DNA of 64,000 bases from Botryllus schlosseri (GCA_051294905.1 CM119381.1:11284001-11348000), one strand, 5' to 3'; shown: positions 27,701 to 42,700, counted from the stretch's first letter. The notes: generated from the letters alone by a model not told the origin. Translations and numbers: made by a program.

Positions 27701-30700
27701 AATTCTCTGTTTACTCGAACACCCCGATTTAGAAAATATCATGGTATGGTGCCCTCCCACATATTATAAGGCCTGTAGTTTTGGTCGAAGAGAAACACGG
27801 AGAAATGATGTCGGACACGGTGTTTACACTTTGCGCGATTAGTAAACGTTAATAAAAAATATGGCTGATCAAAAAAATGCCATATAGTCTAGCTATATTT
27901 TCAGAAAATAGAGGCATTACTACACTTGCTTTTATACTTCAACATGTTTGTTCTCCAGACAAAAGAATGGAAACTAATTAGAACTCAAAATATGATACTG
28001 GAATTGAAAGAGAAATAAAAGTGCCGAAATTGTATTTTATATTTTATGTCTTTTGTCCAGAACGTTGCAACAGTGGTTTGCTAAAACAGGTGCAAAGCTA
28101 AGAAAAAGTCAGAGTACATTTTTCCAGATTAGGACACGCCATGGACTGCTAGATTACGATACTATAGGTACGGTAAATGCTAGATTGTGTAATAGTAGTT
28201 TCAAACGCTATGATGGGCCATATTTACTGTGATGAAATATTTCATATGGGCGACAATATGGTGTGAACAGAACCACGCAACCCGCTACCTAAATTATATT
28301 CACCGATACGTTTGTGAAATCATATTAGTCTACAGTGCACGAAGCGCAACGGATATTCTGGGCTTTACTAAACTTTTATGAAAATTCAATGTTGATACTC
28401 CGTGAAAACAGCCCCAAAATTCCTCAGGCTATCTTTCTCATTGGAGGATTAAACTACTTCTACTTGACAAACTGATAATAGCAAAAAGTAAGTAAGTAGA
28501 TAACAAAATATTACAGAGTAGAAGTAGTGGGAAATGATATCTACTTGAGTAAATTCCCGAGTAGCGTAAAACTACTTGAGTACTTCAAAAAAGTAGAGGT
28601 ACTCCGTTACTGACCACCTCTGATCAATAGATGCTATGACTAACAGCAATGATACATACCGACACACTTGGTCTTTTCGTACAGTTCAAATCCCACCCAG
28701 CATCTGCATTCGAATCCTCCAACCAAATTTTTACATTCTGATTTGAGATCGCAAGGGTCATTCCCTTCCTCACATTCGTTGATATCATCGCACATGATCC
28801 CGTCGCCGAGGAAACCGCTCAAGCATTTACATTCGTAGCTCTCTTTGGTGTCGATGCATTTTGCGTTTTCATGGCAGTTATCATAATCCTCCTTACACTC
28901 GTCTACTTCCACAATAGGAAAACAGTCGTAGACACCGATATCGTTCTTCTTACAGTCGTCTGTTGCAGAGCATGTGGTTGCTGTCTTACAGTCAATGTCA
29001 TTCTTTCCACCGCATGTGCATTCATAGCTACAGTCTTTGTTTTTGTAGGTGAATCCTGCGTGAAAGATTGTCTGGTTAGAGGGGTGTGCACGGAAAATAT
29101 CCGAAAGTGAGTTATTATTAAAGATGTTGATTCAACATTTCACGATATTGCTCTTGTGATCTTTACATATATATATAAACATTGGCCAGTCATTTACAAC
29201 AACAAGATTACTTGTTCCAAAAGCTGTGATTCGGTCCTCAATTTCGTTGTCCTACCTACCTATGCAACCTTACATATACAATTCAAGTCAAATGACAGTA
29301 AGGTAAAATTGTCACACAGATTATTTAGGAAAGATACAAATCCAAAAATCAAAATCCATATTTTAACGATAGATTTGGCTGAATGTCATTCACGAATATT
29401 GTGCCTCACCAACACATCAGTTTTCAGATTGGAACAAATAGAGAAACTAAAATCCAAATCTTGAAAATAGGTTTGAGAGAATCCCCAACTCACCGGACCG
29501 CTCATTTTCCAATCGAATCAGAGACCAGCCAGTAATAGTGACTCTTTATTGACAAAAACAAATGTATATATTCACCTGATGGTACTAGCTGTCCTCCTGG
29601 CAAAATACATTTGTCCTTTGGCACTGCCATATTACAGATTCTATCGGACACTTCTCCAACAATCAAATCCAGATTCACATCTTCAGACTCCGAGAAAACG
29701 TTCATTTCACTGCCAGCGATGTACATCAATTGCGCCTCATCAAAGTCGTTGAGCGCGACAACCACAATCTAAACAGATCGAAAGTTCAACTATCACCACC
29801 CAGAAAAATAAACACAATTTTACCTCGTCTGTAACACTTTGTAAGGATTGCAATCCTTCACTAAGGTCGCCGCCTGATACTGAGGTGGTAACAAGTAATG
29901 TCACACCTGGTACACCAATGCGACGACCACTACTTTCAGAAATTATGGTGTTTCCAGCTTGTAACAAAGTGTTGCTTAAATCAGGAGGTCCCGGGATGAC
30001 AGAGATTGATGATAGTGATTCAGTAACCTCCGACAAGCTACTGTCAAATCTGGAAACTTGGTTTACTTGTCCTCCATATGAGAAAGAAGCAATCTATTGG
30101 TAGAAGAAGCAAAAAATATACGATTTCAACTTTGATATTTATCAGGCGTTACAAAATGAAATACGTACTGGAAGAGGGGGCATGGAAAAAAATCATCATC
30201 TCCCAGTCTACTCGACTACATCAAAAGAAATGAATTATCAGTTAATAGTACTTTTACAACAATAAGATATTTCTTGATCTTGAGTTTACTTTCTTTATTT
30301 TACACAAGTAAATAAATTGTACCCTTATCGTAATAAAATTGTCATGCCATTGCTGTTGCCATCAACATGTCATTTTCTGAATGTGGGTTATCAATAATAT
30401 TAGTTCTGAAGACAAAACAACACAGAGTCTTGGATATTCAATAGGATAGGCGACTGGCTCGTCCCACCATCAAACCAATAATTTAGACATTCTCAGAGCA
30501 AAAACAAGCTCAACTATCACATTAACTGAATATGTATTAGCTAATGTATTATCATTTTAGGTGTGTTAAATTCATATCACTTCATCAGTCTAAACCGTTT
30601 TTTTACTCAGACGTTTTCTAATTTTTTTTTTTTAATAAACTGAAAAAATAGGGGGTCCATTGATGTTTTAAATAAAATTTAAGGAGGCCACAGTGTAAAG

Positions 30701-33700
30701 AGGGCGGGAACCTGTTCTCTAAAAGCATTAGAACAACATAATGAGAAAATCAAAAAAAAATTGCAGTATTTTTAAAGTTTTCTAGCAATTTGTTAATACC
30801 TGCACTTGATCCTCGCCGATGTGGAAATTGGATATCAATAAAATTGATAATTTTTTAAGCATTTCGATCCATACTTCATCATCACTTTGTAGAATGAGCA
30901 CCACATCTAGCATCATGTCATCAGGACACATATCCCCAGATTCTACAAACATTGTTATGTGGCACACCAGGGATTGGAAAAACTTGATAAATCCACTTAC
31001 CAACACATTTCACTTTACCATCTCCAACTAGGTCGACGTCACAGACACATAGGTAACTGCCGAAGCTATTAATGCATGTTGCATTTTCAACACACGAATG
31101 CTGTCCCTCTGCACATTCGTTGATATCTGAAAAGATATCGTCAGATTTGCTGTTTTAAAAGATATCTATGACAGGCAAAAACTCACCTTTACAGAATACA
31201 CCGTCACCAATAAAGCCAGTATCACAAATACATGTGCCTGCTTCTTCAGCGCATACAGAGTTTTTATTACATTCGTCATCTGATGTGCACTTCTTGATAG
31301 CTGTAATCGAAAGATACCCATGTGCAATTTCTGTGGGGACACTATAAATCGCTACCATTGCAAAACATCGGCATTGTTTCACTAGTGCACTAGAGCAGTT
31401 TTATACAGGTAAATTACACACAAATAACCCTCAAGGCCCTGGCTACACAGCAAAGGTGACATATCACTGCATGCCTACTATATGTATTTGTAGCTAACGT
31501 TATGGATTGCATCCGGAATCGAGATCAAATTATGCAGTCTTGGTATTCATTTTGTATAACTCATAGCCTGGAAAGTAAATTAAATCACTACTTGTTATTT
31601 GATTCCAACCCCAATTCCTTTATCTTCTACTGTGCACTGTTGCAACATTTGTAGGATTAAGTTACTGTTTGATTATTATCTTTCATCAAGTCTATTCAGC
31701 AAACGAGGAAGAAGATTTATTTGCCATAATCACACAGCTAGTCAAATTTCAACAGTCCCATGTATATTACTCAATTCTTTGTAGCAAGCAGTGTTGGTAA
31801 CCCTATTGCCTGCGCATTGCACCAAGATAAACTAATATAACGCAGTTTGGGATAAAAAAATACTTCTCCCACTTCACACCTATATAGACAAGTATATCTC
31901 TCCTCTCAGTAGACACCCAAGCATACCTACTGCTATTGCAACTTCATCCGAACAATATTTCTGAAAGATGAACTATTGCATTTATCTTGATGAACTTTTC
32001 AGGCGTATGAAACACATTTAACATATGTTTATCAATACAGCAGTATCAAACTTTCATTTCTGACTATATTTTCATTAACTGTCTCGTACACAACGACAAC
32101 CAACCTTTTCCTCTCTTGACACATGAGAAAGAACCATCCTCCTTGTTGATTTCACAGGTAGTGCCTTCAATACAGCCTGCAACATCTTCACATTCACTGC
32201 TATTCATGCCGAAACAGGTACACTCGATTTTGCAGTCAGGACTCAGATATTTTTTACCTGCAATATTAGGGTAGGTGTTAAGTAGTAGGTACCAAATATC
32301 ACTCAGGCAGACTTGACTAGAGGGAGCTAACACTAAAAATTATTGTAGGAATAAGGTTTCAACTGGTTCGTCCACAATAATCTAGCATTGGAATGTCAGG
32401 ACATTGCATATGCAAAATTATGGTATTTACAAACTAGTGTTCATGGTAATTGGCATGTACTATAAATGTGAAGATGTTATTCAGAATTCAGAATGATAGC
32501 GGTTAAAGTATTAAGTTAGTACTCCGCCCATTACCATCAAATTGTATGTTATAAAACACATGAGGTGTCAATGACTTTACAATAAGACATCACATACTTT
32601 CATTGCTGTTGTTTTTTCATTGTTGTCTATGAGAGATATGGCTACTAATATAGTCTAGTCATATTTACTATGATTTTGCTAGCTGCATTCAACTTCACAT
32701 GACCTAACCACATCAATGGATTTAGCAGAGCATTTTTTCCATGTATTGGGAATAGATTGCGGCAATAAATCAACACATGCTCTCACCCTTTGCAATGGAC
32801 TGTCCGCTTGCTGTAGTGCAAAAATCTTCATGGTTGCCAGACTCGCAAATAAGTTTTGTGATATTGCCACCAAGATCTGCCACATCATCAGCTTTAGGAA
32901 CAAGAATGGTGTTCTTTTCCGACGGAACAGACGCCAGGTCTTTGATATTGTTTTCAAAAGCATCTCCAATCCCGACAACAACGAGTTTGGTCATCTTCTT
33001 AATCTCATTCATCATTTCCCTATCTATGTCCAAACTCTCATCCTTCTCTGGAGAGCCCGCGGTTAGGAAAACAGTGACAGCAGGAACGTCGCTACGTCCA
33101 GAGTCGCCAAATTCTCGGATTGTTTCATCGACTTTTTTCAAGAAGTTTTCCGTGATGAACTCGTCCGAGTTGTAGTAAGAGAGGTGGGAGAGGGCAAGCA
33201 TCATTGACCCCACCGAGTAATTCATTTCAGATGACTTCAAAATGGTGAATTTGCCAGAATATGTGATCACCACGATCTAAAATGGGGACATTTAGTTACA
33301 CAGTGGTCAATCCCACTTGGTACAGCATATTGTCCGGCTGCCAAGTGAGACATTCTCTTTTTGTCAGCAATTTTGAAAGCCGAATGGTAGAGATTGCTCC
33401 GTGAGATGAGTGATTACATTTTTGATATACTTAGGTATCGTAAATAATGCATAATAGCCGTCTCGAATGTGATCATTATGATCACGAATTTGCTAGATTT
33501 GCGCTGCACTTTTCATTAGACTAGGAATGATTAAGTTTGTTAGATCTGCTGAATAGTACAACTGGTACACATGTTTGTTTGAAAATAACAGTAGTATAGC
33601 AGGGGGAGATAGTGTAGTGGTTACGATAAGCGCCCACCATGCAGACGGACCGGGTTCGATTCCCGTCGGAGGTTTATCTGGGCTCCTCTTCCCCTGCCGT

Positions 33701-36700
33701 TGCCATTCTTACGGCGACAAAAAAGCCCAGTAAAAGACCCGACAAAAAGGAAGCACTCACAAGGAATGGAAAGAACTAGTAGAAAGGGCCGCGGCTTCAA
33801 ACAGAGATCAACATCGAAAAAGAACTGTGACATCGGGCACTCTAGGCCGAGGTGGATGTTAGAGTAAAGGATCGCTACTGATGCGTGTCGTTCGACATCC
33901 TCCTATCTGTTCATGACATCGCATTGTGTCTTATTGCATTGTACATTGTGTGTGACTTGTTCAGATAAAAATAATAACCCAACGATGTTATGTTACGATG
34001 TTATTTAGATACATTTTGTTGGGGCCAAAATTCCATCAAGTGGTGATAAAACTAGTGACTTGAAATGATTCATCTTACTGAAACTTTCAATTAATACACA
34101 TGGAAACATTTACTTGACTTCAATCATAACAAAAGAAAAGAAAGTTTTAAATTTAAACAAAGTATTTAATATTCGATAAAGTTGAGGTCAGAAATGTGAC
34201 CTTGTGGCCTTGTCCTGAATATATAAATCTTTGCGCACTAACATTTGCCATGTTTTCTCCGATCACAAAGCGTCCGATCATATCCTTCGAAAGTTGAACA
34301 AGAGCGTAGAAATTTTCCTTTGACATTGTCAAGCAAGAATCAATAACCACGATCAAGTTGATTTCCGTGCTTGGCTTGCACATATCTGTAAATATTACCA
34401 TGACACATATATGCTCAACATCGTCAAATTTCCAGACTAACAATTTTCTTCAGGGGAACAGAGATGGACATTGTTCGTTTCTTGAATTTTGCATGAATTC
34501 TTGTCAGCACAAGTCTTTGGAAAGCACACAAACTCGCGGTCCGCACTACAATGACACATCTCAGTACAGTCTTTACCCATGTATTTGAAACCTAAAACAG
34601 CAATTCCAATCACAAATATTCACAGAAATTGAAACCTACAATGACATACCTTGAGGTACGGAGGTATTGCTTGACAGATCACATCCACATTCATTGCCGT
34701 CGCATTCTCCGGATTCTGCAGAACTATTACATAACAAGGTAGCAACATCATTAATAAAGCTATCAAGCCCCTCCGCTTGTCTATCGTAAAAGTAATTAGG
34801 TCTGGTTTTGCTAGGTGTTGCGATTTCTTGTAAAACATTTTCAGTAGCACGTTTAATTCCAACTGCCACAATGTTAGCATAGCCCTGTAGCTGTTTAGCA
34901 TAATTTGTTACCACGTCCCGAGAAGCGCCATCGGCGAGTGCAAGAACTGCAACTGGTACACCAGGCCGGTGACCATTTCGCAATTTAAAGTTTTCTGTAA
35001 AAACATAATTTAACGCGTTTCCCAGCCTGGCTCCGGACGACTCAAGCGGTATTCGTTCCACTGCGCTAATCAAATCTGATTTCGATTTGTGCTCATTCAG
35101 GTGGTACAGAGTGCAAACGTCGTAATTGTAAATCGTGATTGCGACCTAAATTGATGAAACCAAATACCAGTTTTGCCCTTCGAATGAATAGAGACTTTGC
35201 CTTACCTTTACAGCATCAGGACGAATGTCAAAACGCGAGACCAGTCCAGATACGAACTTCTTGAACAAATCAAATTCTTCCTCTCGTATTGACGAGCTCG
35301 ATTCCAACACTATCATCAGATCAAGCAGCATGTTCTCCGGACAAAAATCTGTAACAAAATTACATTGCAGACACTCTGTCAAGTCAGGAAGTCCATTCTC
35401 ATACATGGTGCTGCTGTGGGTGTAACTGGTGTTGTTGTTGCAATAGGGTCTGGCTCGAAAGGATCCAACCCGTCGTCTTCGTTTTTCTCAGTTTCAGTTT
35501 CGTCTAGAATGAAGTCAGAACCATGATCAGGACGTAAAGTGAGTTCCTTCTCATACCTGGATTATTCTCTTTGCACTCGTATCCTTCGTCTGCATTTTCA
35601 GTGCAAGTTTCGTCTTCGGTGCAAAATGTACCTGCGCAGACGTATTGGTTCCCGCCGTTGCATTTACATTCCAATCCACACCCTTGCGTCATACGTACAA
35701 ATCCTTGAAAATAATATATTTACTAGCACAAATGCCTTCGAGATAACCAAGATGCAAGATGCGCGTCATGAGTATGACAGGCGGAAAAAGTTGTTTTAAG
35801 TCGACCTTGACCAATATCTTGGATACACCATATATTGAGGCGGCATCTGTCTCTGCAAAATTTAGAAATATTGGTATTGGCCAACTTCAGCACATCTTTA
35901 TCGACGTAACTAATCGCATCATCACCTATAGAGCTGCTCAAGATTAGAGGATCTTCATAGAGACTGTTTCATGGATTTATGTTTTCGTGAAAATAGCATA
36001 TCGTGGTGTGTCCTGAGCTAAACTATACACTTGTTAGACTGGAAGTACCATTTTCTTACTGAGCTGGAGTCTGATTGTAAATAAATGAAAACTATATGTC
36101 ATATATTTTCATTTCACCGCCACTAAAAAGTAACTCTATTTTTAAAATGTCACATTTTCATATCAACAGAAAATATCAGTAAATATCACCAGAAACATGA
36201 TTTAGGTATTGACCCTAAATTCTCATATTGGTGTTGCTCTATTTATCAGTATTATCGAAGGCTTTATATACATTGCATTAATCAGTATTTTTAGATGAAA
36301 AGATACGGTTAAGTTTATGCGCAATTGTACAGTTCCATAGATCAGCACATTAGTTTTTGCTTGTTCTTGTTAGCAACTAACAAGATACCAAGACTTCATT
36401 TGACTATTACTTACCCTTTTCCACATATACGTTGTTATGGAGAACGCAGCCACAATCTTCGATCGGAATACATCTTTCATCATCCAATACGTAGCCATTA
36501 TTGCAAACACATTTCGTTTCAGAAGGGACTTCACATCTGTTATATATATTCGCAATTACTATCAAACTGTGATTCACCTATGACTATATATACATTTCTG
36601 GAACTTGTGGCTGTGTGCAAGTAGGTTGGCATCCCGATGCATCCTGCATGGCCGTGCTGTGCTCTCCACATGACAAAGGAATGTCAACCTTTTCTCGCCA

Positions 36701-39700
36701 GTCTGGGATGTCCGTGTCACATGATTCAGCGTAGCTGACAATCGACTGTAGATTTTGGGAAAATCACACAGTTTACTTTATAGTTACTTGTATGGTATGT
36801 CATGCACAAATCTTTTAAAAATGATGAATGAAATGCAATGAAAATTTTGAATAATGGGAATATGAAATACCATATATCAATATAATATAATTCCTACCTC
36901 TTCCACCACTTCCATCACCATCTCCACTGGCGCAGCGAGATTTTGACAAGCATTCTGTACACATTGCTCTTGAGCACCTTTAGCGTCACTGGATGTGTGA
37001 CATTTCGAGAATGGTCCTTCGCTATCCCCAAGCGCATTGCAAATGCCAGCAGCACCACTGGAAAGTTTACATCATGTTGGTATCAGAATATATTGCAATA
37101 TGGTCAGGCTTGATCGAAGTAGCAATTGATGAGGATAGCTAATGCCCGTGAGGAGCAGCGAAAGTAACAACTCAACGAAATTTCTACTGCAATCATGATA
37201 CATTGCATTATTCTTTGTTTGGTATATTCCATCTTCAATAGTACTTGTTCAACTATAATGTTGAATAATCGTCCTTTTAAAATGTACGCAATCACAAATA
37301 TGATAACTTGAAAATAGTGTAATCGATTACAATTATAAATCACAAATAACTCACATCTGAAAATGGAATGTAGCGTAAAAAGATGAATTAACTGCATACT
37401 GGGAACGTCCAATAATTTACCCCTTACCTGTCACTTGGGCCAGACGGGCAATCGTTTCGAATAGGCGGTAAGGATTGCTGGTTACATTCTTCAACTTTAT
37501 TGTCATTGAGAAACACCTTCATATTATCTGTGACTTCTTCATTCTTTAGCAACATCTCATCTTGCTCAATATCATTATTGTTTCCACATAAACAGCCAAC
37601 CTGCAAGATAACATTGCTATAGTGTGAAATGGTCAAGAGAAATTTGTCACTACAGCGATTTCTTTCAAGTTGAGAAGGAATTCATTTCACTACAATTAAA
37701 ATGAAGTTTGGTCGGCACAGTTTTAATACAATGGCTTGATCCTACTAATTTAAAAAGATAGCAGAAATTGGAAATTTTTCAAATTACATTTCTATATAGT
37801 CCACATTTCCACGCATATGGCCAACTTGAGGGTAACAAGATTTCAAGTGTTGACCCTTGTCACGTTACCTTGTAAATTGAATGATTCAATTTTATTTCGT
37901 AAATTTGTGTCAAGATGATTACAAGATTTTCCATAAGAGGAAACCGAGTAAACAAATTCCAGCTGACGGCTGACAATAAGTTGATGAGCGATAATGAAAG
38001 GTAACTTGTATTTAACAAAACTTCCAGAAATATCACTATTCTGATAGTATGTGGTATGTAGTCAAGTCAAACACAGCTTGATATCTATCCATTATTAAAA
38101 ATCTGGGTATTCAAACGCGGGTAAGTATACGTACCATTCCAGAATAATAATCTGCCACGTCCACCTTCACTCTACCATTTGTAAATTTTATTTTGAGTCC
38201 GTGCACAGTTGAAAACGTTATGCCATCTTCGACGAAATTAATTTCTAACAGTTCGTTTTTCATATTTTCAGGCACATCCTTTCCATCAATCTGAAAAAAG
38301 ATTGCAGTAGAATATCAACAATCGGCTGTCATTGCTAACTCAGACAAATACCGATATAATAGAGTGTACAGTTCATTCCTTTATTTATAAGTATAAAATT
38401 GATGTAAACAAGTGATATATGGTGATCCAAACAATACCATTTTAAATTAAAAAACGTTATGAAAATGAATGCCGATTCGAGTATTTTGTAAAACCTTCTG
38501 TATCACCACTAATATATCAGAACAGCCTGTGGCCAGTAACAACATAGGCTACTATACTACACTACCAATAGCGCTTAAGCTAACCTTTGCCTGAGTAGCT
38601 TCCAAGTCGATGAATTTTTCCCCAGCTTGTAGAAGTACGCGAACTAGTTTTACATAAACTGTGTCATCAAGAGAATCGCGGAACGATTGGATCTGGATGC
38701 TAAACCATTTTGGGTTGTACTTATACAGTGCCAAAGATTCGGCGAGACAATAGGTGCACACGTCTGAAGGGTTGATGTCAGCGTCTGATATCGTGAATTT
38801 GACACCGTCGAAGGATGAATAAAATCCTGAAGCATCATTCTTCACAGCGGAGCAGGTACTATATTCTGAAATTCATTGGCAATGAATGGCTTTGCGAACA
38901 CTATCATAGAGATTATAAAATACTTCTCTTGACACATCCCAATTTTCCCTCTTTATCCGATTTACAAACAGATTCCTCACGGCAAGGAGCGTCCACACAG
39001 GAAACAACACCACTGTAACACTCACAATATTCCAAGCACAGTTTCGTGTAAAATTCTTCAGTGTGCTGATATGAAACGGCAATTTCAACAAGACATCAAC
39101 TTGAGCGGTTGAAAAAAAATATTACCAAATAATATTTCCCATCGACTTCACATCCACACTGGTCACTTTTGACACAGTCTCTGCCAGAACGTATGTATCC
39201 ATCCATACACACACATGCTGCGTAACAAGAACATTGTAATCCATGAGGTTAAAGCAATGCTATATATAAATGTACAAGACAAGAGTAACTAGGAGATGAA
39301 AGCAAATGACTTGATTATGAGGTGATTTAGAGAACAATTGTTTCATAAAAAGATAAGAAGAATCATATCAATATCTTTCCTATTCATCTTTGGAATTAAG
39401 CATTTCACCAATAATATTTTCCAACAATAATACAATACAGACCAGAATGGCAAACGTCGTTGGCACAAGCTTCTTCAGCATCCTGGTCTGAGCAGCTGTT
39501 TTCACATCCATTTGTACAAGGTTCAAATTTCTCATTTTCACCACAATCCGGTACTGTAAAATCAAACAGTACGTTATTCGGTCAGACATATCACTACAAC
39601 CAAAATACAAATTCCCCTACAAATATTGCAGGACGTTCTCCAATCCACCTCGATCCCGTACTCCGCACATTTCATCGCATAATTTTCGAAATTATCCTCA

Positions 39701-42700
39701 AGGAGATTTTGATTTCCCTCAGATAAACAGGCATCGAATTCGCAATCCTGCAGAGCATAAGATGCATCACAAATAACACAGATCAAAAAGATTTTTCTTA
39801 TCTTACAGTTATTTGAAAAATATTGCTAATTTGTATGAACTGAAAGCAAAAATTGAAGAATCGTATGAATCTAGCTATTTTTTCTCAATACGGTACTCAA
39901 AAGCAATTTAAACAAGTTAGTGTCTAGTAATTCAAAGATAGGAGACAGATTTCAGTTGTATGTTATATATGGTATGAACAAAAGACATAATGCACATTAG
40001 GCATGAATTAAGCATTCTTGCAGACAAAAAACATCGAACCAATTCATGAAGATTTAGCTGAACTTCAAATACACAATGAAAATCAAACTTACCCCAAAGT
40101 ACGGAGCAGGATCAACTGAAGAATGACATATTGAAAATACATCTTTATTATCCTTCAATGTCTCACAAGAGCACCGCCCTGATTTGTAGATTTTTTCTGT
40201 TTCACAATGTGGTAATGGTTCACCAGATACACATCTGTTCAAAAAAATCACTCTCATAACATCAATATCAACAAAATACGTACAAAGACCTTACCCAACA
40301 GCACTGCCTGCAACTTGCCAATGTTGGGCATGATCTACTGGCACAACTCCATAGAAGTCATCATCCGGATTTCCATTATAATTACCAGCTAAGCCTGTTT
40401 TATATAGTATGAAACATGTATTTGAAAGTATTGAAAAATGTTGAAATAGAAAATTACCTTCTGTGCATCCAATGTAGGAGCTTGGCATCTCAATGTCAAA
40501 TCTTGAATTCCCGTCGTATTCAATGGAGACACCATACTTGCTAGTTATGCGGACCTTGAGTCCAACTTTTCTGATTTTCATAATCTTTAGCGGATCCGTG
40601 TATGGAAGGTTGATTTCCTCTCCATCGACCTGAACAATAAAAAAATATATATACAATAGGTGAAATAGGTTCTACTAACTTTGCCAAGCATGATGTGTAG
40701 TAGATATAGACTAAAATCACTATTGTAAAAATCTAGCGGCAAATTCAAACTTACCGCAACAATTCCTGTTTGCTTCATTTCTAATGTGTAATCATGTATC
40801 TCAAACATTGCCTTCGCAAATATGAATGGGTGCCGATGTCCATGGGGATCGTTGATCATCTAAAAACATCGGATCAAGTTAATCAATATTAGGTACAGAA
40901 TGCACTTAGTTAAAAAGTGTGATCAGGTTTCAAGATATATATATCTTGTTATGGAGTAATAATATAATTTCCACAACTCAAAAAGAAAATATAAGGAGAG
41001 AGCATTACATCTTATTTCTAGGGGCTCTTTAATTTCTGAAGCAATTTTACCTCACCACAATTATTTTTAAAATGTGTTGCACACCGATATGTGCAAAACA
41101 TTCATATGTTGCACAGATTCTATCATGAGGTTCCCACCTAATTCACGTCAATTTAGCAATCTTTTCTACAAATGCTACGCTACATAGTATTTTATCAATA
41201 ATATGCAAATTAACAATTAAATACGAGTCATCAATTCGTACTGTACTGTAAACTATGTTTTATGCGATACTTACCACAGCCTTGACTCTTTCCAAATAAC
41301 TGCAGCTGACATCAACCATAACATAACTGCAAGTGCCTTTGAAGCTGAATTCTTTACCATCAAAACTTTGGTAATGCATATTTCCTCTAGTAACAAACAC
41401 AAGCTTGTCACTGATTTCTGTATGGCAAAAATATTGTTAACACTCCATATTCGGCTGTGTACCATCAAAGTTTCAAGTACCTCTTGCATCACAAATTGAA
41501 GATGACACATTCCCTATGATACTTTTCAAATCGTCAAAGCCATTGACGGTATGCACAAATTTCTCTGGTGGCTTCGAAGCCATGAGCTCCAATTCAGACC
41601 GACTAGTTTGGTCGCCGATTCCTATCACTATAATGGACGATTTCTCTTGCAAAAAATAAGCCGCCGAAGTCACATCATCGTTTGAGGTGCTATCTGTTAT
41701 TAGCAGAGTGACCATAGGCGTTTTCTTTCTTCTACCAGCCTCCTTTAATGTCATATTTGACGAAATGAATTTAAAAGCTTTTCCGGTATTGCTGCCACCC
41801 AGCACTTGTGCGATCGATTTCAAGTCTTCGATTAAAGATTCCTCCGATGTGTGCATGCCAAACTTCCAAAGTTCGTGGACATTTCTGGATTAAATGTCGA
41901 TTAAACATATATAATGCGGATTAACAGATATCAAATAATCATTATTGGAACTACTTTTTATACAACTGTTGAAGTATTAGTCTTTATGCACTTTGACATC
42001 AATGAGATACTTTGATTTTGATATCATGATATTATGACGAGCATAATTAGTTCTTTGGTGTGTGTAAAAATGTACATGTACATCAACGGATATCAACCGC
42101 AAGTACAATGAGCATAGAATTGAAATGTGGCAAGCATTCTGAGTCTTGATATACATTGCCCATACACCAAGTTTGAATTTTACATTCCTAACACAGCCTA
42201 TACACCAAACCCATCACCATACATACCATGTATCCCTCAAAATATGGTTTGAAGAATAAAATTTAGTTACAGTCAAGCTCCTTGGTAAAATAACTTGTAC
42301 GACTTACAAACATAACTTTTAACATAAATTTCAAGATTACCAAAAATTATATAAAGGCCGTGTAGTATACAGAAGTCTGCTAAAACTTCTAAAATGGAAT
42401 ACTAATGTGGATCCATCAAGATATCTGCAACCTGGTCTTGATAATGGTTCCGTATTTTCAGGTACAAAAATTTGAAATATTTGAGAACAGAAATCAAGTA
42501 TTGCAACACACCTGTTGTAAGTCACTGCTGCAACACACATGTCTTCCATACCAATTTCAAATCGAGACACAACGGCGACTAAAAATTGTTTCACTTTGTC
42601 AAAATCCTCCTCCGACATCGAAGAGCTTCCATCGACTACAAGCACAAGGTCCATTTTCATGTCTTCCTTGCATTTGACATCTGGACCAAGACATTTTCTG

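Noticed and set aside
719-41893. Many + strand ORFs in the supplied track (e.g. 719-970, 2633-2950, 18891-19307, 32777-33175, 41687-41893)
   Set aside because: They are antisense shadows of the minus-strand exons (Ser/Thr/Val-rich, no domain motifs, no coherent splice chain)
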